A stretch of 64,000 nt of DNA from the human T2T-CHM13v2.0 reference genome, Homo sapiens. The stretch lies in assembly GCF_009914755.1 (NCBI RefSeq), contig NC_060941.1; one strand, written 5' to 3'. Both the position numbers and the translations under genes were made by a program. Every line of letters starts with the position of its first letter. Position 1 is the first letter of the stretch. A model generated the notes under the pieces. That model was not told the origin of the DNA. It made no database searches and saw only the letters and a program-made list of their open reading frames with translations. Of this stretch, positions 1 through 33,080 are shown one piece after another.

Positions 1-681
1 ATTCCAGATAATTACAAAAAGTAAAGGCGAAATCAATCCCTGCGTTTGTAACTCGAAGCTGGCCTAAGATCAACGCCAGGGTGTGCTCTATCTTCCTTGA
101 TGGGTGGCAGCTTTCCTGACAAAAACCAGGGCCCCTCCTCACCCCATCTTCCCCTCCCATCCTGGGCAGCAGCACCAGAGGCTCCAAAAGAACCTACCTT
201 ATCCCACAAAAAAATTTTTGCAGGATTTACTGATGCTCTGCCCTTTTCCTTGAGTCTTGGACAGCTGACTCTGATTCCTGGTTATCAGCAGGTGGTCCTG
301 GCTGCTCAGCCGGGCTTACTTAGCTAACCCCAAGCATAGGGTAGAAGTCACAGCACAACCACCAGGTTAATTACAAAGCATTCAATGTGTGTGTGCAACA
401 TGTGGGTGTTATGCGCATGTTTGTGTGTCTCCAAGACGCTTGCACCCCACTCTACACGCATTACAGGACTAGGTGTGGACAAATCTACAGAAATGGCTTC
501 TTCTAACCACACAAAGATGTAATTTCCCCCCAAATTTATCTTTTCTGGTTTGCCCAATGAGGAAAATAATAGCTTTCATTTTTGCCTAGCTGAATCCAGG
601 GGTCAGAAAAGCACCACGCATCCCTGGCTGGTTTCCTGGCAAGGACGACCAGTCAGTATGGAAGGAAAGAACTATGCTCAC

Positions 682-789
682 CCTTGGCTTTCCTCAGAAA
701 ATAACATTTGGCCGCAATGATCAAGAGAGCAATGATCACTCCGATGATAACCACTGCAATAAGTCCTTTCTTCCATGGGGCAAGAATGA
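682..789 (-). CDS. PECAM1: PECAM1 exon 9, transmembrane domain
   Basis: tttcag|TCATTCTT...GCCAAGG|gtgagc; VILAPWKKGLIAVVIIGVIIALLIIAAKCYFLRKAK; 108 nt. Confidence 0.98.
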
Positions 790-904
790 CTGAAAACAAA
801 ACAAAACAAAAAATTTTTTTTGTATATAGGCTCTTCCTCTGCCAGGAAGAAATAATATCAGGCTTAAGCAACAAAAGTCAGTCTGATTCTCACAGCTCTT
901 GTAA

Positions 905-5797
<4,893 letters not shown>

Positions 5798-5886
5798 CCC
5801 CTACTTCTCTTATTGTCCCCACAGTCCCTGGGCGTGAAAGAATGCCCCAAGCCCACATGATTTCTTCTCACAGCACAGCAACTTAC

Positions 5887-6162
5887 CTATCACCTTCACC
5901 CTCAGAACCTCACTTAACATTTTGGCGTGGGAATGGCAATTATCTGCAACACACTGGTATTCGACGTCTTCAGTGGGGTTGTCTTTGAATACCGCAGGAT
6001 CATTTGAGTTCTTGGTACTATTCTCCAAAACTTTACTTGTTTTTAAAAGTTGGTAAGAAATAGGCAAAGTTCCACTGATCGATTCGCAACGGACTTCGAT
6101 GGTCTGTCCTTTTATGACCTCAAACTGGGCATCATAAGAAATCCTGGGCTGGGAGAGCATTT
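5887..6162 (-). CDS. PECAM1: PECAM1 exon 7, Ig-like domain 5
   Basis: ttctag|AAATGCTC...GTGATAG|gtaagt; EMLSQPRISYDAQFEVIKG...VLRVKVI; 276 nt. Confidence 0.98.
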
Positions 6163-6328
6163 CTAGAACAGAGGGAGAAACAATCCAAAAGGCACTGAAG
6201 GTAAAAGCAAAGCATCCAGCACAAGAGGTTCCTCCTCCAAAGCCTGAGCTTTGCTTTCTATCCCTGCTGTAATTTCAAATGCCTGCCTGCCTTATTTACC
6301 TTTATAGGACACCTATGAGACTGACAGG

Positions 6329-8612
<2,284 letters not shown>

Positions 8613-8906
8613 AAGTTTAACATTGACTAAGTAGTGTTTCCTTCCTGAACTTTTGGGTGGGTACTTGCTCCAGGAGGCAGAATCTTGCCAGAATCTTAGC
8701 AAGTCAGAGGCCACATCATCATCAGTGAATCAGTGTTCTGAGCAGGAATACCTCCTTGTTTCTTTGGCCTTTGATTTCGCACTTCTCTCCCTCTAGTTCT
8801 TACCCTGCCTGAGTCTGCTCAGACCGGAGAGGGCGGCAGCTGCAGATAAATTTCCTTTCTCCCATTCAACCCCGGATGTCCTCTGAGTCAGCAACAATAT
8901 ACTCAC

Positions 8907-9155
8907 CACATACGACTATCTGGACTGTGTTGCTTTTCTTGACCACTTTGTCAATACCTGCAGTGCAGATATACGTCCCACTGTCCGACTTTGAGGCTAT
9001 CTTGGTGAAATCTTGAGTCTGTGACACAATCGTATCTTCCTTCTGGATGGTGAAGTTGGCTGGAGGTGCTCCTGGGATGGAGCAGGACAGGTTCAGTCTT
9101 TCACCTTGGTCCAGATGTGTGAAGGAAGATTCCAGTTCGGGCTTGGAAAATAGTT
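8907..9155 (-). CDS. PECAM1: PECAM1 exon 6, Ig-like domain 4
   Basis: tttcag|AACTATTT...GTATGTG|gtgagt; ELFSKPELESSFTHLDQG...TVQIVVC; 249 nt. Confidence 0.98.
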
Positions 9156-9542
9156 CTGAAAAACAGTGAGTGGGAATGGAGCGAGATGTGTCTGGCCACC
9201 ACCCTAAAGACCCTTCCTGGAGAGGCCCTTGGCTCAGGTGCTCTTGGCAGAACCAACTTCCAACTTCCAGCAAAAAGTTTTCCTTTGCTTCTCATGTACC
9301 TAACGATCACCCCAGTAAGGAGCTAGGGTTCATTCTTTGCCTAGGATTCCAATGGCAGGTTTTCCTTTCTTGTTAATCCAATTTATTTCAATGACAAGGA
9401 TTAGAAAAGTTTTGCAACTTGTGGCCAGGTGTGGTGGCTCATGCCTGTAATCCCAGCACTTTGGGAGGCAGAGGTGGGTGGATCACCTGAGGTCAGGAGT
9501 TGAGACCAGCCTGGGCAACATGGTGAAACCCCATCTCTACTA

Positions 9543-12745
<3,203 letters not shown>

Positions 12746-13027
12746 GAGACTGAAACTCCATTTCAAAAAAAAAAAAAAAAGCAACAAAAGAAAAGTTTTG
12801 CAGCTTGTAATGCAGCAAATAATGATTCATGCATTCACTCATGTATTTGTTCACTCACTCATTTCACCCCACAAGTATTTATTGCAGGTTCTCTCTGTGG
12901 CGGGCCCCTTGCTAGGCACTGAGAGATAGCAGTGAATAAGAAACAGTCTCTGACTTCAAAGTGCTTACATTTAGTGGTTGATTCAGATGCATTATTTGTC
13001 ACAGACCCCATAGGAAAAACACTGAAC

Positions 13028-14992
<1,965 letters not shown>

Positions 14993-15508
14993 ATGTTATC
15001 ATTATTTTTGAGTTTACTAATGCTTTCTCATTTGTGGCCCTGTCATAGGACCCACGTCTGGGATCTAGCATAGTGCTTGTCACAGGGGATGGAGAAATAT
15101 AACAGAGTAATGAAAACATTAACCAGTGTTCAGAGTCTTACTCTGTACAAATCTCTCAGCTCATGCTTACAGTATAGTTATCTCATTAATCATTATAGCA
15201 GTCCTAAAAGGTCATTATCACCATCTCACAGCGCTGCGGCACGTTCAATAACTCACCCAAGGTCACAGAAGCAGTGAGCGGCAGGGTTGAGCTTTGGTGC
15301 CGGAGCCTGCACCCTCAACACGCACAGTAGACTGTTAACTCGCTCTGCAGTGGTTTCTTCCCACGAGCACCAAAGCCCCATCTGAGCACATTCATTCAGA
15401 TAAGCAGGGGCAGGAAATGTATCAGCTCTCTTTGGCCATGCTGGATTGCAGCATGGTGGCCTCTTGAGCCCGCCATATGCCAACACCCTCCCGCAGCAGC
15501 AGCCCTAC

Positions 15509-15784
15509 CTGTTATGTTGACCACGATGCTGCTGACCTTGGATATGCGGCTGGACTCCACTTTGCACGTGTAGTTGCCACTGTGCTCCACCATGGCCATG
15601 ACTGAGTACACAGCCTTGTTGCCATGTCTGTTGTGGGCCACAATCGCCTTGTCCTTCTGAATTATGATTTCTGGAAACTCCTGGGCCAGGTGAGTCACTT
15701 GAATGGTGCACTTAATGTGGAGCTGAGCTCCTTCCATGATCATTCCGGTGGGGCTGATGTGGAACTTGGGTGTAGAGAAGGATT
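15509..15784 (-). CDS. PECAM1: PECAM1 exon 5, Ig-like domain 3
   Basis: ttgcag|AATCCTTC...ATAACAG|gtaggg; ESFSTPKFHISPTGMIMEG...SSIVVNIT; 276 nt. Confidence 0.98.
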
Positions 15785-16799
15785 CTGCAAGAGAGGAAGA
15801 CAACCTGGTTGGACTCAGGTGCAAACCTGGGCAAGAGGAGCCTCTTCTGCTCTTTTTGCTGCTTCCCCTTTTCAAACTTCTATTGTTCCTAACTAACTTT
15901 AAAAATTCAACCTTTCTTCTCTAGAACTTTTGCCTTGGCTGCTCTCATACTCCCTCCCTTCTCGCTCACTCTTGCATCTTCAGGCTTCTTCACTGCAATT
16001 CTCTGGGTTTCTGAAGCTTCCCAAAGGCCAAACACCTTCTCTAGATCTCGCCTTCAGAGGACTTCAGAAATAACCACAGTATTTAGAAATGATCTTCCTC
16101 CTGCCCACTACGAGTTTTCTAGGCTATTCTCAGCACTTCATGGAAGCTTGGCATTTCAGCATGAAGATACTATAGCTTTCAAAAGTTCAGCTCTGTGAAA
16201 CGTGCTGCTTCATGGAAATGAATATTTAAATAATCGCATGCCTCCAAAAAAGTGGCTTCTAGTCTTTTCTATTTCATTTTTTAAAATGCTGGCCATCACT
16301 CACTAAACTGATTTCATGACTCATGCAGTTTGAAAAACAATTTTGCCTGAGTGTGGGGCCTTACACCTGTAATCCTAACACTTAGGAAGCCCAGGAGTTC
16401 TAGAACAGCCTCTGGGCAACATAGTGAGACCCTATCTCTATTTAAAAAGAAAAATAGTTTTAATCAAGTATAGATCACATACCAACCAGGGCATAGGATC
16501 TTCAGGGAAGTAGGGATAGGTCCTAGGCTTTCGTTTCCACTTACAACAAAAAAACAAGCCCAGGGCATAAACTGGAATATATACACAGATTCCAACTGTG
16601 TAAAATATAGATTAGGGATATCTTTAAAATGCTAATAGTGAACTTAGAGTACTCTAATGCTTTAATATTCATTAGTGATTTTTAACATTATAAAGTCAAT
16701 TCATAATTAGAAGTTATCATAAAATAATAGCCTGCCTTCTCAAATAAAAGTAAAAAAGGGGAAGGCATCCTTTACATGCTTTAGGACTCTCAAATTTTA

Positions 16800-19250
<2,451 letters not shown>

Positions 19251-19287
19251 TAGGTCCCCATCTTTTGTAAAAACAAAAGATGTTTTT

Positions 19288-19325
19288 TCTGTGTGTGTGT
19301 GTGTGTGTGTGTGTGGCTGGGTGTG
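19288..19325. repeat. (TG)n microsatellite
   Basis: Direct reading. Confidence 0.9.
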
Positions 19326-20084
19326 TATATGATATATAAATATATGTAGAAAAAGTCTAGAGGATCATGTGTGGTTTTCTCTAAGTAGAGGCATTATAAA
19401 TGATTGTCACTTTATATACATACTTTATATCCTGCTCTTTTGTCTGAAAATTCTACCCAGAGCACACATGATTTTATAATCAGATAATAGAACATACAGA
19501 CACACATACACACAATGGGCAGGATAAAGTGGGATGCCAAAAGAAGGGGACCATTTATGACAAAATGTAAGTTTCCTATTTTGGAAATATTTGCAAATAT
19601 CTACATGGGTGTGCCTTCCCCTGACTTCTCCCGGCTTGGCAAATGAGACCGGGTCCTGGGAGTGGCTGACTACCTGTCCTAGAGCCCTGTATGTCCTGGA
19701 CACTCCCCAGCTTCCCTCTGCTGTTGCCTCCTTCTCTCCTGGGAGCATTTCCCAGGCCACCTCATTTGTTTGCTGTTTGTCCAACGCAAATCTACGTTGA
19801 ACAACAGGAGGCCAAGGCTGAGGACCTGGCCCCTCTTTCCTCCCGATCCCCTCCAAACCCAACTTCCTGGTGTCTGACCCTCGATGGCTTAAAGCAGTGG
19901 CTTCCAAACTACAGATCACATAATGCATCAGTGTAGTGTGTCATGGCCAGTGTTTAAAGACTGAAATAGGCTGGGCACGGTGGCTCACGCCTGTAATCCT
20001 AGCACTTTAGGAGGCCGAGGTGGGTAGATCATCTGAGGTTAGGAGTTTGAGACCAGCCTGGCCAACATGGTAAAACCCTGTCTA

Positions 20085-20688
<604 letters not shown>

Positions 20689-20812
20689 TTAAAATGATTA
20701 AGAACAGGTCTTAAGTCCTGAGAACAGCAGCCCCTTCCCAGTTCTGGGTTCTTTCTCCCCATACCAAACCAGAAACCACAAAGAACGATGAGGAAGGGAG
20801 CAGGATGCTGAC

Positions 20813-21118
20813 CCGTCACGGTGACCAGTTCACTCTTGGTAGATTCTGAGGTCTGCATATGGATCCCAGAAATGATCCTAGCTTGACATCGGAAGGATAA
20901 AACGCGGTCCTGTTCCTCAACGGGGAATTCCAGTATCACAAAATTCTGGTCTCGAGAATTCTTCTCTCTTTTCAGCTTGACCATTTTTTCATTTAGTTCA
21001 AGTTTTTCAATTGTGAAGTGTATTGGGGCCTTTTCCTCTGGGACAGAACAGTTGACCCTCACGATCCCACCTTGGATGGCCTCTTTCTTGTCCAGTGTCA
21101 CCCTGGGACTGGGCACTC
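20813..21118 (-). CDS. PECAM1: PECAM1 exon 4, Ig-like domain 2
   Basis: ccgtag|GAGTGCCC...GTGACGG|gtcagc; VPSPRVTLDKKEAIQGG...SELVTVT; 306 nt. Confidence 0.98.
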
Positions 21119-21128
21119 CTACGGGGAA

Positions 21129-21190
21129 AGAGAAAGTCTGTCAGTATCAGCCTGATTGAAGAGAAAGTCTGTCAGTATCAGCCTGATTGA
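21129..21190. repeat. Perfect 31-bp tandem duplication next to the exon 4 acceptor
   Basis: AGAGAAAGTCTGTCAGTATCAGCCTGATTGA twice (21129-21159, 21160-21190). Confidence 0.95.
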
Positions 21191-21453
21191 GAGACACAAG
21201 CCTCCCTCCGCTGAGTGACTGTAGTTGACCCATGAGAGGGCTCTTTTTTGTTCTCTGAACACCCAGTGCGACCTACCAGGTAATAAATGAACAGGTATGT
21301 GCCCAGCACAGTACTAGGCACTTTGAAATATATAAAATCTGGAGGCTGAGGTGGGTGGATCTCTTGAGCCCAGGAGTTGGAGACCAGCCTGGGCAACACG
21401 GTGAAATGCTATCTCTACAAAAAAAAAAATTAAAAATTAGCCAGGGGTAGTTA

Positions 21454-21782
<329 letters not shown>

Positions 21783-21846
21783 AGGCCACGCGAGGTGGCT
21801 CACATCTGTAATCTCAACACTTTGGGAGGCTGAGGCAGGTGGATCA

Positions 21847-22095
<249 letters not shown>

Positions 22096-22509
22096 TTAAA
22101 AAATAAAATATGGTCAAGATGTACTTGGTGTTTTCAATGATTTATAATCCTATTGGGAAGAGGACACAATCAGATTCCCAACAGATGATGCTTAGAGGGG
22201 AAAGGTAGCCAGTATTTGTCAGTGTCACTGTGATTGTTGTTACCCTTTATTGAATGCAGCCACAGGCTAGGACTGACTTTAATTTATTCCATGAACATTG
22301 ACTGAATGCCTACTATGAGCCAGATTCATTGTTCAAGATATAAGAATAAACCAAACACCATCTCTGTCTTTACAATTTCACTATCCAGAAGAGCAGACAG
22401 ATGTGTAAGAACGGATGGCAATACTGAGTGAAATAGAATATTTGTGGACCGGGCATGGTGGCTCACACCTGTAATCCTGACACTCTGGGAGGCCAAGGTG
22501 GGTAAATCA

Positions 22510-22752
<243 letters not shown>

Positions 22753-23094
22753 TTATTAGGAACTCACTAGGTGCTGGAAATTTTGCTAAGCACTCTACCC
22801 ACATGACACTTTTAACCCTCTCAATAATTGCCTGAAATGGGTATCGTTGTTATCTTCCTTTTACTGGTGAGGATTTTGAAGTTTAGAGCTGTTAAGGGAC
22901 TTGCCCAGATTGAAACCCAGGCAGAGTGACTGCAGAACGAGGTGTCTTAACACACCGCTGTGGCCTTTATACACACAAATACCATTGAATGTAGAGAGAG
23001 CATCAGAGCTGTACTGACTGGCACCCTGGGGTAGACCCATTTTGTTTTGGAAAGAGAAGACATCATTGAGTTGAGTCTTGAAGAAGAAATTTTA

Positions 23095-23424
<330 letters not shown>

Positions 23425-23577
23425 TTACGTATTCAGGTAAGGAAAATGCCAGGCAGATGAATGAGAGGGTGATGGGTGGAGAGTTAAGTCCAGTGTCACT
23501 ATTCATTCACAGCTGTTATTCACGCCACTGTGTGCTTTGCTCCATCTGCTTGCCTGTGCTCAGTTCCAAGGACTCAC

Positions 23578-23871
23578 CTTCCACCAACACCTGGTACTCT
23601 GCAGTGGTTTTCTCTTTGTTGTTCACAATCACAGTACATTTATATGTCCCTGAGTCATAGATCCGGACTTCAGGAATAAAATAACTCTCTGTGCTCTTCA
23701 TGGAGGAGATGTTGTAAAACAGCACGTCATCCTTATAGAACAGCATCTGGTGCTGAGGCTTGACGTGAGAGGTGGTGCTGACATCCGCGAAGCACTGCAG
23801 GGTCAGGTTCTTCCCATTTTGCACCGTCCAGTCCGGCAGGCTCTTCATGTCAACACTGTTGATTGTGAAAG
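23578..23871 (-). CDS. PECAM1: PECAM1 exon 3, Ig-like domain 1 (Val125 allele)
   Basis: atttag|CTTTCACAATC...GTGGAAG|gtgagt; FTINSVDMKSLPDWTVQNGK...AEYQVLVE; 294 nt. Confidence 0.98.
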
Positions 23872-24193
23872 CTAAATGCAAAGGGAAGGAAGGCAGACAT
23901 ACCTGTTATCTCAGAAACAACATCATCCCGGTGACCTTCACCACATCAGATGTGGTCTTATCCCATCCTATGCAGTATTGAGTCCAGGGGTTCTACGTGC
24001 CTACAGGGCCAGGCTGATAGTAACTGTGCACAGTGGCTCAAGCAGGAGGCAGTTGGTACTAAGCTGCAACTTTTCCCACCAAGGCAAAGGAACAGAGTGT
24101 GATAAAGATGTAGAGCTAGGTATGGTGGCTCACGCCTATAATCCCAGCACTTTGGGAGACCAAGGTGGGTGGATCACCTGAGGTCAGCAGTTA

Positions 24194-24391
<198 letters not shown>

Positions 24392-25500
24392 TCAAAAGAC
24401 AAAAAAAAAAAAAGATATAGGCATTCTGTGAGCTGCCACATCTTGGCCCCTGGAGGGAGTACAGGATTCAAGCAGTCAAGTGTTCAAGTCCTGGCTCATC
24501 ATTTACTGTGTGACCCTGGGCAGCTAGACTCTCTGAGCTCAGTTTCCTTACCTGTAGGATGGAGTAATCATATCTCATTAGGTCTTTGCAGGAAATGTAC
24601 AGGAGAACAGCCAGAACGTCTCCTGTACAGTGCCCGATATACATTAAGTGCTTAATAAATGACTGCTACCTCCATTCCGAAACCAGATGGTCGTGCCCAG
24701 GCCCTCCTTCTCCACCCAGGCCTTACCGAATTAGCACAGTCCCAGCTGGCATTTTCTATCTGATGGGCTCTGAGGTTTCACCAGATGGTGAGGACTTGAA
24801 ACCAGTTTTTAGCCTGCTACTTGCGTTTTCAGCCTCACCTGCTACCAAGAAGCAAAGACTACAGATTCCCCTCTGCCAACGGCAGGAATCTCTGGTCAAG
24901 CCTCAAAACAGCCACAATGCTCAATCAGCTATCCAATCTCTGCTAGGAACTAGGCTGTGGGTCAACTGGCCAATTGTGTCATTTCTGGCAAGTCCCCAGA
25001 ACAGAATTGGCTTATATCCAGTAACCATAGGCTGTCAATAGAATTCAGCTAACTACAGATCACATATTGAGGCTCATTCACAGTAGCAGGCTGACGGAAG
25101 GGTGGATTGCTTAAAATTGGGTGCTCTCTAGCTATTGCTGTGTTTTTGTCAGTTGGTTGGTTGTGGGCAACTGCCCTGAAAATTTTCCAGGCTAGAAGAT
25201 CCTGAACCATGCCCATGGGTCAGGACTTGTATCCAAACTTCAGAGCAGACCAGGGTGAACTGCTTTTTGGAGATCCTCTTGGCAATGCCTGTAGGTGCTT
25301 CTGCAGCCCACTTGTGGTCTTAGTTTTACCCCTTGACATATCTCAAAGCACTCACTAGCTTCCCTGTGGTTGTCTTTTCCAAGCACATGAATCTGGGTTT
25401 AATCAGCACCATAAAATATTCACTCTCCAAATTCCTGTCAGAAAACAACTTCAAACATCTCATGTTCTATACATGGCTAAAAAAAATATGGATGAAGCTA

Positions 25501-25629
<129 letters not shown>

Positions 25630-25754
25630 TCAGCTGGGCATGATGGCATGTGTCTGTAGTCCCAGCTACTCAGGAGGCTGAGGTGGGAGGATCACCTGAG
25701 CCTGGGAGGTCGAGGCTGAAGTGAGCCATGATCATGCCAGTGCACTCCAGCCTA

Positions 25755-26243
<489 letters not shown>

Positions 26244-26395
26244 CTATCCAGCATTTGGACCTGGGATTGAAAGTGACTATGTCTGGTATGCTTTCTTAGC
26301 CCCCCATCTATCTCCATGAAGTATGAATAATGCAATCATGGAATTTTTTAAAATTTTTGAGTGAATGGAGCAGTCCAATGTTTAAAACTCTCAAA

Positions 26396-26810
<415 letters not shown>

Positions 26811-27382
26811 ATCTCTGGAGGGAGGGGCTATGGGGTAGGGAGAAGCACAGATGCAAGCTATTAAATGGTCTTTTGGGATGTTGGTCTGGGATGTTGATGA
26901 GATATTGTCCCTAATTTCACAAAGTGTTCCAACAGCACCAGGAAACACTGTGTTTATGCTGAACAACTGATTCATTTCTATCTTGTGGATTCTGAGAATG
27001 TTCTAATGGACCTCGTTCCTCTTTTTGCTTTGATTGTTAACACACAGCAAAAATTTCACCTCTGCTTCTAGCAATCTTTGGGATGCGTTTGTGCTAAATG
27101 GGCCATAGCTTTATTTCCCTGCCTTTATTTTTCTCTCATCCTGATTTCCTCATTAATTGTATCTCATTGAACAATACATAATTTTTATAAGTGGTCCCAA
27201 GTCATTTTTTTGGAATAAGAAAAAAGTTAGTTAGCTAGCTGGCCAGAGATACTGGCAGAACCTGTCCTTTCCCTCTCTTTTAACAAAGTTAGGCCTTTGT
27301 TGGGTAATTTAAAATTTAATCTTCAATTTTAAAACGAGTACTACAATTTGCGCCTGCTGCTATATTCTGAGCAATTAATTTA

Positions 27383-27883
<501 letters not shown>

Positions 27884-28507
27884 TTAATTTCTCTGCACTC
27901 CTCAATTAATATAGTTCCCTCCCAACCACTCTCTTCCCTCTCAGAGACAGTTAGGTCTCCTTCCATTACCTCTTCAGTACTTCCTCCTTCATTTTAAGCT
28001 ATGCTGTGTATTCCAGTGACTCAACCAGGAGATACTAAAGAGCAGAAATCAAGTGCACGGAGCCAGACCTGGGCCAAATCTCATCTCTGCTACTAACAAA
28101 GCTGTGTGACCTTTGGCAAGTCCCTAAATTTCTCTGAGCCTCAGTTTGCTTATCCATACAATAGGCACAAGGAATGTAAGTATAAATGAGAACCTGAGTT
28201 TAATTACTTAAAGTAGAGTTCCTGGCACCTATAAAGTGCTTGAGAAATGTTAGCTAGATTCTTCCAGTTACAGAAATAAAGTCGACTCTTTTTTTATTTT
28301 TTAATTTTAATTTTTTAGAGATGGGGTCTTACTATGTTGTCCAGGCTATTCTTAAACGCCTGGCCTCAAGCAATCATCCCGCCTCAGCCTCCCCAAGTGC
28401 TGGGATTACAGGCATGAGCTGAAAATCAACTATTCAGAGCTTTAAAGCTGTGTCTCCACTACATGTTTCTAGGGATTTTTTTTTTTTTCAAATAAAAACC
28501 ATATTTA

Positions 28508-28831
<324 letters not shown>

Positions 28832-30134
28832 TCAGGTTAATTTAAAGCGACTTCTCCAGCCTCCCAGTTTTGCTCACTCCACTGCGTGCTCTCCACACGA
28901 GTCATTCATCTGCTCTCCTGTTTACTGAACGAGCTGCCCATCCCTGGCTGGTTATGCCCTAGACCAGCAGACAGTGCTGGGTACAGAAGGGAGTCAGACA
29001 TACCAGATTCAAACCCGTGATCCCACAGTGCTTAGCTGGGTGATCTCGGGAGTTATTTAACCTCTCTGGGCCACCACGTCTCTGCCTACGAAGTAGGAAC
29101 ATGAATACCTGCCTTCTCTGGTATCTTTAACCTAAACAGTGACTGCGCCAAAGTGGCTGAGGGCACAGAAGGGGCCGTGTATATATTGCCCAGTGCCTGG
29201 CCTCTGGTTGACATTCTCTGCCTTCTTCCTTAGCACCATTCATAGCAAACATTTAAGGGGGTTTTTCTGTGCCAAGCACTGTCCCCCATACTGGGGGTTC
29301 AGAGAACAGTGAGGCTGGCAGTGTCTGCCCTTGGAGAGCTCATTCTGCACTCCACAACTCTTCCTACTCTGGGCCTTCCAGCCTCAGCACAACCCTTGCG
29401 TGAGCCTCCCACTAACCAGTCCTAGTTCATTTGATTTTTATAAAAGCCCTCCCTTTTTAAAAAACAATTTTAAAGCAAATTTGGCTAATGCACCAAGCAG
29501 TGGTTTTTCCAGTAGGGATGGTACCCACTAGCATGGGGCCCGTCCACCATCTTGTTTTTCTAAGCAACTCTAACACACATTATCTGCTCAAATAAACAAA
29601 CTCGGCAGGGTGTGGCGGCTCACACCTGTAATCCCAGCTCTTTGGGAGGCCTAGGTCGGTGGATCACCTGAGGTCAAGAGTTCGAGACCCGCTGGCCAAC
29701 ATGGTGAAACCTAGCCTTTACTAAAAATACAAAAATTAGCCGGGCATGGTAGCGGGCACTTGTCATCCCAGCTACTCAGGAGGCTGAGGCAGGAGAATCA
29801 CTTGAATCCAGGAGGTAGAGGTTGCAGTGAGCCAAGATCACATCATTGCACTCCAGCCTGAGCAATAGAGCAAAAACTCCATCTCAGAAAATAAATAAAT
29901 TAACAATAAACGAACTCAATGGATGCACTGGCAGGAACACCACATTCCCATGGCTAGCTCGAACAGACAAGGGAGAAGAGAGGGCAGGATGGAAAAAAGA
30001 AAAGCATTTTATAAACTCTGTTGAGATATGAGTCTCAGCTCTTCATCTTAACACAAATATCATCGACAAAACAACAAAAACAGTGACCTAGTTTTTACCG
30101 CCACAACCACCACCACCTCCCTTGCTATAGAAGC

Positions 30135-30603
30135 CCTTCAAGATGCCCCCCCCAATGGTCCTTGCCCTCTGCTCATCACACTTACACGTGGTCACCTCCC
30201 ACGTTAACATTAACCAACAAAATACTCCATCAGGTAATAAAAGACAATGCAGCTTTTATCCTGATCACTCTCTCTCCTGTCTGGGATCCCTCATTCTGGG
30301 GAATGCCAGCAGTCATAGCATAAGCAGCCCTGTGGAAGGTACCCAGGATGAGGAACTAAGGCCTCCAGCCCATAGCCACAGGAGTGAGCTTGGAAGCAGA
30401 TTCCCCAGACTCAGTCAAGCCTTCAGATAACCGCAACCCTGACCAACAATTTATCTGCAATCTAATGAGACCCGGTGCCAGCACCACCCAACTCAGCCAC
30501 TCCTGCATTCCTGACCCTCAGAAACTTCAGGATAATAAATCTGTGTTATCTTAAGCCAGTAAGTTTTAGGTAAATTGTTAAGCAGCAATAGGTAACAAAT
30601 ATA
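30135..30603 (+). mobile_element. MLT1F-like MaLR LTR
   Basis: gagtgagcttggaagcagat..agccttcagat..aataaat..taagttttagg..gcagcaatag motifs. Confidence 0.7.
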
Positions 30604-31319
30604 CCACGCAACCAAACTTCAAAAGTCTCTGCCTGATTCTTGTTTTGATAATATGGAAAACATTATCATCTTTCTAAATAAACCAGCCAAGCACAGCCAA
30701 ACTGAATTACTGCCTGTAGGTCTCACTATTTACACAGAGTGACTGTTCACAACCTGGGGGACACAGCCCCTGGGAGGTGCATGGGTGGGTGTTAGGAGGC
30801 TCATCAACTACCTCCAATTGTGTGCAAATGTGTGCTTTTTCTGGAGAGAAGGCCCACAGATTTCCTTACTGAACCCAAAAAGTTTCAGGACTATTGTGAT
30901 GAAGGGTGGGGCTGTGGGACAGCCTAAAGAGGTCAGATCTTTTCAACCCGGGGAGATGAAGGTTGACGGAGAAGGATCTAAATTTGGAAAGTCACCACGG
31001 AACAGCCAGTGACCACAGTGCCAAACCCCAACATGCTAAAAACAGTGGGACCTTGACCTCAAGGCCACTCATCAGTGGATGGTGGTGCTCCCTGGAAACA
31101 TGCGGCACCATGAGTCAGCCAGCCCCCTGGCCCTCAACCTGGAAATGACTCAGAGAGAAAGTGGAGGGTGCAGGAGAAGGAGGGGCTGCCCACCCTCGTC
31201 AGGAAAATTACTGGGAGCCACGAAGCATAGAGTCCCTGATGAACTTCTGTGCTCATCAGAGAGCATGCTGAGCCATCTTCCTACCCGAATCTCAAGCATC
31301 TCCAAGTTCAGTTCAAGTT

Positions 31320-33080
<1,761 letters not shown>

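Noticed and set aside
1-681. PECAM1 exon 10 or a cryptic exon (donor-like AAG|GTAGGT near 191-200)
   Set aside because: The exon 10 peptide (AKQMPVEMSR) is not present and I see no convincing acceptor.
8866-9273. ORF-track extensions of PECAM1 exons into introns
   Set aside because: Canonical AG/GT sites define shorter exons that join in frame; extensions are intronic read-through.
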